Shown here piece by piece: positions 8,609 to 21,400 of a stretch of DNA of 53,985 nt. The notes beneath the pieces are model-generated. The model was not told the origin of the DNA and searched no databases. It saw only the letters and a list, made by a program, of their open reading frames with translations. This DNA is from a virus (Duplodnaviria > Caudoviricetes). The position numbers and the translations under genes are program-made. Where the stretch lies: IMG/VR virus record IMGVR_UViG_3300010370_000051, positions 1 through 53,985 of that record; one strand, written 5' to 3'. The number at the start of each line of letters is the position of its first letter. The stretch's first letter is position 1.

Positions 8609-11600
8609 ATGTCTAATAGTAGGGAGATTTCTCAATTTTCATCGTTCATCTATGTAGATGATAAAAATAGAAATATTGGAATTGCAACAACTGCAACTCC
8701 CTATGTTGGTATAGGAACCACAAATCCAACATCAAAACTTTACGTTGTTGGTGATGGTTACTTTACTGGTGTTGTTACAGCATCAAATTTTTCTGGTAAT
8801 GTTTCAAGTGCTACTTATGCTACATCAGCAGGTATAGCAACAGCACTTCAGACCGCAAGAACTTTTGAAATTACTGGTGATATTGTTGCTTCGCCAATTA
8901 GTTTTGATGGAACTGGAAATGTATCTCTAGCAGCAACTATCCAACCAAATTCAGTTGCTCTTGGTTCTGATACGACTGGTGACTATGTTCAAACAGTATC
9001 TGGAACATTAAATCAGATCACGGTTACTGGTGGGACTGGTGAAGGTTCAACACCAACATTAAGTCTTCCAAATAATTTAGTTATTCCTCAGGACGCAATA
9101 GTTACAAGAGATCTTCAGGTTAATCGCAACCTAAACGTAACTGGAAATATTACAATTGGTGGTACAACAGCATTTATTAATGTTCAGGAATTAAGAGTTA
9201 CTGACCCAGATCTTGTTCTTGGATTTAGAACAGATGCTTTTGGTAATGATTCTTCTACAGATAATACAGCAAATCACGGTGGTATTGCAATTGCATCCAC
9301 TGAAGGAACCCCATTAACTCAATTATTCATTGCTGGAATTGAAACTACTCCATCCACATATAAGAAAATTATGTGGTTTAAGGCGGGTACTTTTGCTGGA
9401 CTTGGAACCGACGCTTGGTTAAGTAATTATGCTATTGGTATTGGTTCGACACAGTTCCCAGTGGGGACAAGACTCGCTGCCGGTTCTGTTCAATTTACTG
9501 AAAGAGATTTAGTAGTCGTTAGAAACATTAACGCTTCTGGTGTTGTAACGGCATCAAGTTTTTCTGGCAATGCTTCTAGTGCTACTTATGCTTCAGTAGC
9601 AGGAATCGCAACCTATGCCGTTACCGCTGGAGTCTCTACGTTCTCTGGTTATGCTAACGTTGCTGGCATTGCAACTTACGCAACCAATGCTGGATTAAGT
9701 ACTTATGCTACATCAGCAGGTATAAGCACTTATTCTAATAATGCTGGTATAGCAACCTATGCCGTTACCGCTGGAGTCTCTACGTTCTCTGGTTATGCTA
9801 ACGTTGCTGGCGTCTCTACGTTCTCTGGTTACGCTAACGTTGCTGGTGTCTCTACGTTCTCTGAATATGCTTCAGTAGCAGGAATCGCAACCTATGCCGT
9901 TACCGCTGGAGTTGCTACAAATGCACAAGGTCTCATAGGAACTCCAAATATTACTGTTGCAAATATTACTGCAGCAAGTCTAAATTCAAGTGGTATTGTT
10001 ACTGGTTCTTCTTTCCGACCAAGCACTGGTTATTATCAATCGGCAAATGGAACCAATGCTTTTTATGTATTTGATACTAGTGGTGATGTATCTTTTCAAG
10101 GAAAGATAGTTACAAATTATATAAGAAGTAATACCAATTTAAATCCAACTATTACAGTTTCGGATCTTGATTTACAGTTTGCAAGAAATGTTACTATTTC
10201 TGGTATTACAACTTCAACTGGTGGTTTTGTAGGAAACTTAACAGGAACAGCATCAACAGCATCATTTGCTACAACTGCTTATAATTTAACTGATGCTGCA
10301 AATATTACTACTGGAACTATTAATAGTGCTAGATTAAGTGGAACTTATAATATTAATATTAATGGTAATGCTTCAAGTGCTACTTACGCAACATCAGCAG
10401 GAATTGCTACTTATTCTAATAATGCTGGTATAGCAACATCAGTCATTGGTGGAATTGCATCTGTTACACAATTAAATGTTTCTGGAGTTTCAACATTTAA
10501 TTCAAATGTTGGTATTAAGACATTAAATGCTACATCGGCACTTTATGTCGTTGGTGATACTTATATAACTGGAATTTTAACAGCAAATAGAATTTTTAGT
10601 TCCATTTATGGAGAATTTACTGGTTCTTCTGTAACTAGTGATTCTCTTGTAGGAACTGCTTTATCTATTTCTGGTATTAGCACTCTTGGAATTACTAGTG
10701 CTACGAATCTAACCGCACAACAACTGAATGTAACCGGTCTTTCAACTTTTGCTGGAATTACCACAGTCACTGGAGAGACTTTATTCTCCAAGCAATTAAA
10801 CGTTTCTGGTGTTTCCACATTCAAAGGAAATGTAAATCTTGCTGATAATGCAAGTCTGTATCTTGGTGATGGAAATGATTTAAGAATTTTTCATAATGGA
10901 TCAAATAGTTTTATTTCGGAAGTTGGAACTGGAGGACTTTTTATTGATGCATCTAGTACCACCTATAGATCTGCATCACATACATTTAAAAATGGCGGTT
11001 CAACAGAAAACCTTGCAATCTTCACTGAAAATAGTTCAGTAGAACTTTATTATGACAACTCCAAAAAGTTTGAAACTTCTGGTGTTGGCGCAACCGTTTA
11101 TGGAACACTCGATACAACTCAACTAAACGTTTCTGGTTTTTCTACTTTTGTAGGAGTCTCAACATTCCAGTCATCTTTATTTGGTTCTCAAGCATCCTTT
11201 ACTGGTGTTGTAACAGCATCAAGTTTTTCTGGAAATGCTTCAAGTTCTACTTATTCAACATCGGCAGGAATTGCCACTTATGCTACATCGGCAGATATTG
11301 CTACTTATGCGACTAATGCAGGAATAGCAACAAATCTCAAAGGTGGTGCAGGTGGTTCTATACCTTATCAAACTGCAGCAGATACAACCACTTTCTTAGC
11401 AAATGGTATTTCTGGTTATATTTTACAGGCAAATGGTGGTACAAGCGCACCTTCTTGGGTTCCTGCAGCACCTGCATCTGCAATTACTGGACTTACAATA
11501 AGAGACGAAGGTACAATTGTTGGTACTGCAAATAGTGTTTCGCAACTTAATTTTGTTGGTGCAACTGTTACTGCGACTGCATCTGGTTCTATTTCTACAA

Positions 11601-11902
11601 TTACAGTTTCTGCTCCTGCTGGAATGGAAATTCGTGATGAAGGAACAATTGTTGGAAGTGCAATTACATCAATAAATATTGTCGGTGCAGGAATTACTGC
11701 AACAGCATCAGGTACTGCAACAACAATTACTTCATTGAGTCCAACTGGTGGTGGAACAGATGCTGTATTTTACTTGAATGATAATACTATAAACAATGCT
11801 TATACGATTCCTTCTGGAAAGAATGCTCTTTCAGTTGGACCACTTACAATTAATGCGACTGTCACAATTAGTGCGAATGCAAGTTGGGTTGTAATTTCCT
11901 AA
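8609..11902 (+). CDS. Long tail fibre-like protein
   Basis: GIGT, LNVSGVST and AGIATYA repeats; S/T/G-rich. Confidence 0.85.
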   Translation: MSNSREISQFSSFIYVDDKNRNIGIATTATPYVGIGTTNPTSKLYVVGDGYFTGVVTASNFSGNVSSATYATSAGIATALQTARTFEITGDIVASPISFDGTGNVSLAATIQPNSVALGSDTTGDYVQTVSGTLNQITVTGGTGEGSTPTLSLPNNLVIPQDAIVTRDLQVNRNLNVTGNITIGGTTAFINVQELRVTDPDLVLGFRTDAFGNDSSTDNTANHGGIAIASTEGTPLTQLFIAGIETTPSTYKKIMWFKAGTFAGLGTDAWLSNYAIGIGSTQFPVGTRLAAGSVQFTERDLVVVRNINASGVVTASSFSGNASSATYASVAGIATYAVTAGVSTFSGYANVAGIATYATNAGLSTYATSAGISTYSNNAGIATYAVTAGVSTFSGYANVAGVSTFSGYANVAGVSTFSEYASVAGIATYAVTAGVATNAQGLIGTPNITVANITAASLNSSGIVTGSSFRPSTGYYQSANGTNAFYVFDTSGDVSFQGKIVTNYIRSNTNLNPTITVSDLDLQFARNVTISGITTSTGGFVGNLTGTASTASFATTAYNLTDAANITTGTINSARLSGTYNININGNASSATYATSAGIATYSNNAGIATSVIGGIASVTQLNVSGVSTFNSNVGIKTLNATSALYVVGDTYITGILTANRIFSSIYGEFTGSSVTSDSLVGTALSISGISTLGITSATNLTAQQLNVTGLSTFAGITTVTGETLFSKQLNVSGVSTFKGNVNLADNASLYLGDGNDLRIFHNGSNSFISEVGTGGLFIDASSTTYRSASHTFKNGGSTENLAIFTENSSVELYYDNSKKFETSGVGATVYGTLDTTQLNVSGFSTFVGVSTFQSSLFGSQASFTGVVTASSFSGNASSSTYSTSAGIATYATSADIATYATNAGIATNLKGGAGGSIPYQTAADTTTFLANGISGYILQANGGTSAPSWVPAAPASAITGLTIRDEGTIVGTANSVSQLNFVGATVTATASGSISTITVSAPAGMEIRDEGTIVGSAITSINIVGAGITATASGTATTITSLSPTGGGTDAVFYLNDNTINNAYTIPSGKNALSVGPLTINATVTISANASWVVIS
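9580..9915 (+). repeat. Tandem 30-nt (10-aa) repeats
   Basis: AGIATYAVT/AGVSTFSGYANV units with exact DNA duplications. Confidence 0.85.
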
Positions 11903-11923
11903 ATACATAAAAAAGAATGTAGA

Positions 11924-14900
11924 ATGCCTGTAAATATAGGACCAAATAGTATTACTGGTATTACTCAAGTTAATAATCCAGATGATGCTGTAAATAAAAC
12001 TTATGTGGATAGTCGTGCAGGAGTTCCCACACTTGCAGGAAACGAGAATGAGTTTCTGTATAGTGACGGAATCAATGCGACTTGGGAACCAATAGGAGCA
12101 ACGCAGGAATACACTACTTTTGGTTCTTATACTTATACAGTACCACCACAAGCAAAAGAATTATTGATTGAGGCAACTGGTGCTGGTGGTGGTGGAGCAA
12201 GTGGAAATACTGATACTAGTTCTTATGAAACTGCAAGTATTTGGACTTTAAGAACTGGTTGTTTTTCTAATAATATTATTCGTTCTTTTATTTATTCAAC
12301 TTTTTATGTTTCTAGTGACAATGGTGGTAGAATTGGAACTTCAACAGATGCAATCACCTGGACTTTAAGAACTTCTGGTTTTGGTGGTACTACTATTTCT
12401 GGTCTTATTTATGCAAATAATACTTATCTTGCTGGTGGTAGTGGTGGAGTCTTAAACACCTCAACAGATGCAATTGCTTGGACTTTAAGAACTTCTGGTT
12501 TTGCTGTTATATACAATATTCTTGCTCTTACTTATGGAACTGTTTATGTTGCTAGTGGTAGTGGTGGAGTCTTAAACACCTCAACAGATACAATTACTTG
12601 GGAATTAAGAACTTCTGCAATTAGTTTAAGTAGTATTAATGCACTTACTTTTGGAAATAATCTTTATGTTATTGGTGCTGGGGGAACATTACAATCTTCA
12701 ACAGATGCAATTGTCTGGACTTTAAGAACTTCTGCTGGTTTTGGTGCTAATCAAATTAATGCACTTACTTATGCAAACAATATTTATGTTGCAGGTGATC
12801 AAAGTGGAATCTTAAACACCTCAACAGACACAATCACCTGGACTTTAAGAACTTCTGGTTTTGGTGTGGCTGGTATTCTTGCTCTTACTTATGCAAACAA
12901 TACTTATTTTGCAGGTGGTGCTAATGGAATCTTAAACACATCAACAGATGCTATTGCTTGGACTTTAAGGACTGCTGGTTTTGCTACTAATGGTATTTAT
13001 TCCCTTACTTATGCAAACAATACTTATGTTGCTGGTGGTGTTAGTGGAACTCTATCAGTATCACCCCACATACCACCAGGAATGACAGGAGGTTCTGGAG
13101 GTTCTGGAGCATCAGCATCCTGGAGTATTTCAAAAGACCAAATTATATCTTCTGGAATTACTGTGAATGTTTCAAGAGGTGGATTTGGTGGTCAATTAGT
13201 TCCTGTTCGTTGGATTTTAAGAACTGCTTCTTTTACTAATCAACCTATTACTTCACTTATCTTTGGAAATAATACTTATGTTGGTGGTGGTAGTGGTTTG
13301 GGAATATTAAACACCTCAACAAACGCAATCACCTGGACTTTAAGAACTGCTGGGTTTGGTGTTAATGGTATTAATGCTCTTATCTACTCAAATTTTTATG
13401 TTGCTGGTAGTACTGGTGGAGTCTTAAACACTTCAACAGATGCAATCACCTGGACTTTAAGAACTTCTGGTTTTGGTTCTAATAGTATTGGTGAACTTAC
13501 TTATGCTTTGGGACAAACAAATGCTTATGTTGCTGGTGGTGATAATGGAATCTTAAACACCTCAACAGATGCAATTACTTGGACTTTAAGAACTTCTGGT
13601 TTTGGTGTTAATGCTATTCGTGCCCTTACTTATGCAAATAATCTTTATGTTGCTGGTGGAGACGGGGGGTTAAGTACTTCAACAGACGCAATTTCTTGGG
13701 TTTTAAGAACTTCTGGTAATCTTCCTAGAATCATTACTTATGCAAATAATCTTTATGTTGCTGGTGGAAATGGTAGTACTGGAGTCTTAACTACCTCAAC
13801 AGACGCAATCATTTGGACTTTAAGAACTTCTGGTTTTGGTACTAGTAGTATTATTGCTCTTACTTATGCAAACAATACTTATGTTGCTGGTGGTGTTGGT
13901 GGAATTTTAAACACCTCAACAGACGCAATCACCTGGACTTTAAGAACTTCTAATACTACGCAACTTATTTACGCACTTATTAATACAAACAATGCTTATG
14001 TTGCTGGGTGTGCTGGTGCAACTTTACTCACATCAAACGTAACAGCAGAAAATGGTTCAAATACTACAATAACCTGGACTGGACCAAGCAGTAGAACTTA
14101 TACACTTTCAGTAAATGGTGGTGATGCAGGGTCAAACACTGGATTTTTATTAGGTGGTTCTGGTGGTACAATACCAACTACAGATAGCAATTATCTTCAA
14201 GCATCTGCTGGTCTTTCTGGTGTTGCTGGAAGAGTAGTACCAACAACAGGATTTTCACCTGCTACTGCATCAAGTTCTTTTCAATCAACTGCTGGTGGTT
14301 CTGGTGGTTATAGTAGTGCAAGTTCTCGTTCTGCATCTCTTGGTGGTTCTGGTGGAACCATTAATTATTATGGTTCAACCAACACTTTTACTAATATTGA
14401 GGTTAGTGGAAGAATTGCTAGTTCAATTTCTGGACTCTCTTATGGTAATGGTGGAAGTGGTGGTGGTGCTGTGAGTGATAATGCTCTTTATTGGACTTCA
14501 AGAACTTCTGGTTTTAGTACTGCTGTAATTAATGCTCTTACTTATGGAAACAATACTTATCTTGCTGGTGGTGCTAATGGAATTTTAAATACCTCAACAG
14601 ATGCAATTAGTTGGATTATAGGAACTTCTGGTACTGGTAGTACTATTAATGGGGTGGTATATGGAGACAATCTTTATGTTACAGTTGGTGCTGTTCCAAT
14701 AACCACTTCAACAGATTTAATTACTTGGGTTTTGAGAACTTCTGGTGTAGGTGCTCTTTCGATTTATGCTCTTACTTATTCAACTTTTTATGTTGCTGGT
14801 GGTCAAAGTGGAAGATTAATCACTTCAACAGATGCAATTGCCTGGACTTTAAGAACTGCTGGTTTTGTTTCTAATGCTTTATCACTCACCTATGCAAACA

Positions 14901-15454
14901 ATCTTTATATTGTCGGTGGTTCTGGTGGAATATTAAACACCTCAACAGATGCAATTACTTGGTCTTTAAGAACTACTATTGGTTTTAGTACTATTTACTC
15001 ACTAACCTATGCCAACAATACTTATGTTGCTGGTGGTGTTAGTGGTGCTAGTGTAGGAATATTAAACACCTCAACTGACACAATCACCTGGACATTAAGA
15101 ACTACCGGATATGGTTTTGGTAGTTTAATTAATGCATTAACTTATGCAAACAGTACTTATGTTGCTGGTGGTGGTAGTGGAAATGTATCTATTTCAACAG
15201 ACGCAATCACTTGGATTTTAAGAACTGCTGGTTTTAGTACTAATGCTATTAATGCCCTTACTTTTGGTAATAACCTGTATGTTGCTGGTGGTGTTAATGG
15301 TACTCTCACAACCTCCCCAACAATATCTGCAGGTTCAGGAGGTTCTGGAGTCAAAGGTGGTGGAGGTGGTGGAGGTGGTTATGAAGAAACCACAGACACT
15401 GCAGGTGCAGGTGGTGATGGTGGTGATGGTTATGTTCGTATCAGTTGGGCATAA
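11924..15454 (+). CDS. Glycine-rich scaffold protein with 3 x 7 WTLRT repeats (probable beta-propeller adhesin)
   Basis: About 38-aa repeat YVAGG..G.LNTSTDAITWTLRT; GAGGGG scaffold ending GGDGYVRISW. Confidence 0.85.
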   Translation: MPVNIGPNSITGITQVNNPDDAVNKTYVDSRAGVPTLAGNENEFLYSDGINATWEPIGATQEYTTFGSYTYTVPPQAKELLIEATGAGGGGASGNTDTSSYETASIWTLRTGCFSNNIIRSFIYSTFYVSSDNGGRIGTSTDAITWTLRTSGFGGTTISGLIYANNTYLAGGSGGVLNTSTDAIAWTLRTSGFAVIYNILALTYGTVYVASGSGGVLNTSTDTITWELRTSAISLSSINALTFGNNLYVIGAGGTLQSSTDAIVWTLRTSAGFGANQINALTYANNIYVAGDQSGILNTSTDTITWTLRTSGFGVAGILALTYANNTYFAGGANGILNTSTDAIAWTLRTAGFATNGIYSLTYANNTYVAGGVSGTLSVSPHIPPGMTGGSGGSGASASWSISKDQIISSGITVNVSRGGFGGQLVPVRWILRTASFTNQPITSLIFGNNTYVGGGSGLGILNTSTNAITWTLRTAGFGVNGINALIYSNFYVAGSTGGVLNTSTDAITWTLRTSGFGSNSIGELTYALGQTNAYVAGGDNGILNTSTDAITWTLRTSGFGVNAIRALTYANNLYVAGGDGGLSTSTDAISWVLRTSGNLPRIITYANNLYVAGGNGSTGVLTTSTDAIIWTLRTSGFGTSSIIALTYANNTYVAGGVGGILNTSTDAITWTLRTSNTTQLIYALINTNNAYVAGCAGATLLTSNVTAENGSNTTITWTGPSSRTYTLSVNGGDAGSNTGFLLGGSGGTIPTTDSNYLQASAGLSGVAGRVVPTTGFSPATASSSFQSTAGGSGGYSSASSRSASLGGSGGTINYYGSTNTFTNIEVSGRIASSISGLSYGNGGSGGGAVSDNALYWTSRTSGFSTAVINALTYGNNTYLAGGANGILNTSTDAISWIIGTSGTGSTINGVVYGDNLYVTVGAVPITTSTDLITWVLRTSGVGALSIYALTYSTFYVAGGQSGRLITSTDAIAWTLRTAGFVSNALSLTYANNLYIVGGSGGILNTSTDAITWSLRTTIGFSTIYSLTYANNTYVAGGVSGASVGILNTSTDTITWTLRTTGYGFGSLINALTYANSTYVAGGGSGNVSISTDAITWILRTAGFSTNAINALTFGNNLYVAGGVNGTLTTSPTISAGSGGSGVKGGGGGGGGYEETTDTAGAGGDGGDGYVRISWA

Positions 15455-18400
15455 GGAGGACTAACAATGCCAGTAGATCCAATTAAATTTTCAGAAAATA
15501 GTATTTCAGGACTTACAACAGCAACGGATTTCACTGATGTTCCGTATAAGTCTTATGTGGATTCTAATGTTTCTCCACTACCTTCACAGGTTGGTGCATC
15601 AGGTAAATTTCTTACCACAACAGATGGAACAACAAGAACTTGGGATTATGTTTCTAATTACCAAGAATTTACAACCACAGGAGAGCAAACATTTACGGTT
15701 CCAAGTCAGGCAAATCTTTTATACATTGAAGCAACTGGTGCTGGTGGTGGAGGAAGTGCAGGACAAAGTAATGCATTGAATGCCGTGACTTGGACTTTAA
15801 GAACTGCTCGTTTTAGTTCTAGCATCATTTATTCCTTTACTTATTCAACTTTTTATGTTGCAGGTAGTCAAAGTGGAATCTTAAACACCTCAACAAATGC
15901 AATTGTCTGGACTTTAAGAACTTCTGGTTTTGGTTCTGGTGGTACTATTCTTGCTCTTACTTATGCAAACAATACTTATATTGGTGGTGGTACTAGTGGA
16001 ACCTTAATCACTTCAACAGATGCAATTGCTTGGACTTTAAGAACTTTTGGATTGGGTACTACTCAAATTAATACTCTTACTTATGGAAACAATACTTATG
16101 TTGCTGGTACTAATACTGGAGATATAAACACTTCAACAGACGCAATCACTTGGGAATTGAGAACTGCTGGTTTTGGTGGTAATGGTATTTCTGCCCTTAC
16201 TTATGCAAACAATACTTATGTTGCTGGTCGTGTTAGTGGAATCTTAAACACCTCAACAGATGCAATTGCTTGGACTTTAAGAACTTCTGGTTTTGGTATT
16301 AATCAAATTGTTGCTCTTACTTATGGAAACAATCTTTACGTTGCTGGTGGTCAAACTGGAACATTAAACACCTCAACAGATGCAATCACCTGGACTTTAA
16401 GAACTTCTGGTTTTGGTTCTGGTGGTACTATTCTTCCTCTTACTTATGGAAACAATACTTATGTTGCTGGCGGAGATAGTGGAGTATTAAATACCTCAAC
16501 AGATGCAATCACCTGGACTTTAAGAACTTCTGGTTTTGGAACTAATATCATTTATGCTTTAACTTATGCAAACAATACTTATGTTGCTGGTGGTGCTAGT
16601 GGAATCTTAAATACCTCATACGCACAAGCATCAGGAGCAGGAGGTTCATCAGGTTCTTATACGTCTTGGTATATTCCAAAGAACATTGTTTCTTCTAATA
16701 TCACTGTCAATCCTGGTGTTGGTGGTACTGGTGCAACAACAGATGCAGGTACTGGTTCAGCAGGAGCAGGAACAACAATAACTTGGACTGGACCTGGAGG
16801 AACTTATACACTTACTGCAAATGGTGGAGGTGCTGGTGGAATAGCAGGAGCAGCACAATTAGTTACGCAGTCAAGTTCTTTTTATACCACTGCTGGACTT
16901 TCTGGAGCACCACAAACTCCAATTGATGGTGGATTTACAGCAACCGCACAAACCAACCAATTCCAACCAACGGGTGGTGGTAGTGGTGGTTTTACAACAA
17001 GTATTGGAGTTTCTGGTGGTAATGGTGGGTCTATCGTATCTTATGGAAATACTATTTTCTCTCTTGCAGGTTATGGTGATGGTAGTAATGGCAATAGTGC
17101 AACAGCAATCACCGCACTTCCTTATGGATTAGGTGGTGGTGGAGGTGGTGCGGTTGTTGATAATCCACCACCAAGTGCAACCTGGACTTTAAGAACTTCT
17201 GGTTTTAGTGGTAATTCAATTAATGCTCTTACTTATGCAAACAATACTTATGTTGCTGGTGGTGTTAATGGAGTATTAAACACTTCAACAGATGCAATTG
17301 CCTGGACTTTAAGAACTTCTGGTTTGGGTGGTAATTACATTTATGCACTTACTTATGGAACTGTTTATGTTGCTAGTGGTAGTGGTGGAGTCTTAAACAC
17401 TTCAACAGATGCAATCACCTGGACTTTAAGAACTTCTGGGACAACTGTTTCTGTTTATGGACTTACTTTTGGAAACAATACTTATGTTGCTGGTGGAAGT
17501 TTTGCTGGAATTCCAGAATTAACCACCTCAACAGATGCAATCACCTGGACTTTAAGAACTTCTGGTTCTACTAATACTATTTGGACACTTACTTATGCAA
17601 ACAATACTTATCTTGCTGGTGGTAATGCTGGAATCTTAAATACCTCAACAGACACAATCACCTGGACTTTAAGAACTGCTGGTTTTGGTGTTAATGCTAT
17701 TCGTGCTCTTACTTATGCAAACAATACTTATCTTGCTGGTGGTAATGCTGGAATCTTAAACACATCAACAGATGCAATTGCTTGGACTTTAAGAACTTCT
17801 GGGACAACTGTTTCTGTTTATGGACTTACTTTTGGAAACAATACTTATGTTGCTGGTGGTGCTAATGGAATCTTAAACACATCAACAGATGCAATCACCT
17901 GGACTTTAAGAACTTCTAATGTTGCAACTAATATTAATGCTCTTACCTACGCAAACAATACTTATATTGGTGGTACTAGTGGTGGAACCTTAATCACTTC
18001 AACAGCAACAGCAACTGCAGGTGCAGGAGGTTCTGGTGTTCGTGGAGGTGGTGGAGGTGGTGGTGCTTCTATTGGTTCTACTTTTGGTCGTGGTGGTAAT
18101 GGTGGTGATGGTTACGTGAAGATTACCTGGTGGTAATAAATATTAAAAAGGAAGGAATAAGAACATAAAATGTCTCAAATACTCTCTGGAAGAATTACTG
18201 GTATTACAAGTACGACATCAGCAACTGATGCTTCAACGAAAGAATATGCCGACCAGTTTACAAGTCCAAGTACAACTGGAAATGCTGGTGGATTTTTGAG
18301 TGTTTATCCTGGTCTTTCTTATTGGGTGTTGAGAACTGCTGGGTTTGCTGTCAGTCAACAAATTTATTCACTCATTTATACAACTTTTTATGTTGCAGGT

Positions 18401-21400
18401 GGTTCTAATGGAGTCTTAAACACCTCAACAGATACAATCACCTGGACTTTAAGAACTGCTGGTTTTACTACTAATCCTTTTTACTCACTTACTTATGGAA
18501 ATAATACTTATGTTGGTTGCAGTAGTAATGGAGTTTTAATTTCATCTACAGATACAATCACTTGGACTTTAAGAACTTCTGGTATAACAAATACTATTAA
18601 TACTCTTACTTACTCAACTTTTTATATTGCAGGTGCTGATGCTGGAAGATTAATCACCTCAACAGATGCAATTGCTTGGTCTCAAAGAACTTCTGGATTT
18701 GGAAGTAATAATATTACTGCCTTTGTTTACTCAAATAATACTTATGTTGCTGGTGGTCAAACTGGAACATTAAACACCTCAACAGATGCAATTGTCTGGA
18801 CTTTTAGAACTTCTGGGACTGCTAATGCAATTATTTCTCTTACCTTTGGAAATAATACTTATGTTGCTGGTGGTGGTGCAGGAACTTTAATTACTTCAAC
18901 AGACACAATCACTTGGACTGTAAGAAGTTCTAATACTACTAATAATATTAATGCTCTTACCTATGCAAATAATACTTATGTTGCTGGTGGTGTTAGTGGA
19001 ACCTTAAGAACATCAACAGATACAATTACTTGGTCTTCTAGAACTTCTGGATTTAGTACTAATAATATTAGTGCTCTTACTTATGCAAACAATACTTATA
19101 TTGCTGGTGGTTCTGGTGGTACTCTAGCAATCTCCCAACCCAGAAGACAAAGTTGGAAACCAATAAACTCCACAACCACAACAACATTAGACAGAGCAAC
19201 ATACAAAGGTTCACAAGAATTCACAGCATCGGGAACCTTCTTTATTCCTCCAAGTGCAACACAGTTTTATATTGAAGCAATCGGTGCTGGTGGTGGAGGA
19301 GCATCAGGAAGATATACAGGTACTTTAGGTTCTGGTGGTGGTGGAGGTTCTGGTGCTTATAATGCCTGGTTAATTCGTCGTGGAGAACTTGGAAATGCTA
19401 CAACGATGACTGTAACCGTTGGTGCTGGTGGTCGTGGTGGAAACAATCGTGGTATGAGTACCAGTACTGATGGTATTAATTGGTTTACTGTTCCTGGTGG
19501 TTCTGGGTTTGGTACTAATTCAGTTAGTGCTCTTACTTATGGAACTGTTTATGTTGCTGGTGGTGCTAATGGAGTTTTAAATACCTCAACAGATACAAAT
19601 ACTTGGATTTTAAGAACTGCTGGTCTTGGTGGTTTTAGCATTTTTTCCCTTACTTATGGAAATAATACTTATATTGCTGGTAGTACTGGTGGAGTCTTAA
19701 ACACTTCAACAGATGCAATCACCTGGACTTTAAGAACTGCAGGTAATTTTATTGGTGATAATACTACAGCACTCACTTACGGAAACAATACTTATGTTGC
19801 TGGTGGTACTAGTGGAAAATTAAGCACCTCAACAGACGCAATCACTTGGACTTCCAGAACTGCTGGTTTTGGTGCTAATCAAATTAATGCACTCATCTTT
19901 GCAAACAATACTTATCTTGCTGGTGGTTCTACTATTGGTGCCTTTAACACTTCAACAGATGCAATCACCTGGACTTTAAGAACTTCTGGTTTTGGTTCTA
20001 ATGGTATTGTTGCTCTCACTTATGCAAACAATACTTATGTTGCTGGTGGTACTAGTGGAAAATTAAATACTTCAACGGATGGAATTGCTTGGACTTTAAG
20101 AACTTCTGGTTTTACTGTTACTATTAATGCCCTTACTTATGCAAATAATCTTTATATTGTTGGTAGTACTGGTGGAGTCTTAAACACTTCAACAGATGCA
20201 ATCACCTGGACTTTAAGAACCTCATTGTTCCAAGCACAAAGCATTATTGCTCTCACCTACGGAACTACCTTCGTTGCTGGTGGTGTTACTTCTGGTGCTG
20301 GTGCTGCTGGTGGTTCTACAACGGTCACCTGGACTGGAAATACTCCAACAGGTACTGCGACTTATACTTTAACTTCTTCTGCTGGTAGTGGTGCAAGTGA
20401 TACAACAACTTCTGGTGGTAATGGGGCTGGAAACGCAGGATTACTTTCTAATGCTCTCTATGTTACTTCTGGTCTTGTTGGTGCTACTGGTCGTTCTACT
20501 TATGGTTCCTCAAATGCAACACAAAACTCCAGATTCCAACCAACAGGTGGTGGAAGTGGAGCATATAATACCAGTACTGGTGGAAGTTCTACAATGTACT
20601 GGTATGGAAATACTTATACTGCAAGTGGTGGAAGTGATACTGGTGGTAATGGAAGTGGTGGTATTGATGGTTCTTATACTGGAAACATTGGAAGTGGTGG
20701 AGGTGGTGGAGGTGCTTTAAGTGAAGGACTTACGAGTTGGTATTTAAGAACTTCTGGTTTTGGTTCTACTAATATTCTTGCTCTTGCTTTTGGAAATAAT
20801 ACTTATGTTGCTGCTGGTGCTAATGGGGTTTTAAGTACTTCAACAAATGCAATCACCTGGACTTTAAGAACTGCTGGTCAGTTGTTTAATCTTGACCCTC
20901 TTTCTTATTTGAATAATGAATTCTTTATTGGTGGTGCTGGAACTTTAAGCACCTCAACAGACGCAATCACCTGGACTTTCAGAACTTCTGGTACTAATGC
21001 TACTTTTGGAGATTTCATCTATGCGAATAATCTTTATGTTGCATCATTTACGAGTGTTGGAACAGTAAGTACTTCAACAGATGCAGTTTGTTGGACTTTA
21101 AGAACTTCTGGGACAACTGTTTCTTTACCTTCTCTTACATATTCAACTTTTTACGTTGCTGGTGGTTTTAGTGGAGTAATTATTACTTCAACAGACGCAA
21201 TCACCTGGACTTTAAGAACTTCTGGAACATCAAATAATAGTTCATCTCTTACCTATGGAAATAATTTATATCTTGCTTCTGGTGGATTTAGTGGTGATTT
21301 AAGGTCTTCGACGGATACAATTACTTGGTCTTTAAGAACTTTTGGAAATGCTACTCCTATTATTAGTTCTCTTTTTTATTCAAATAATACTTATTTTGCT

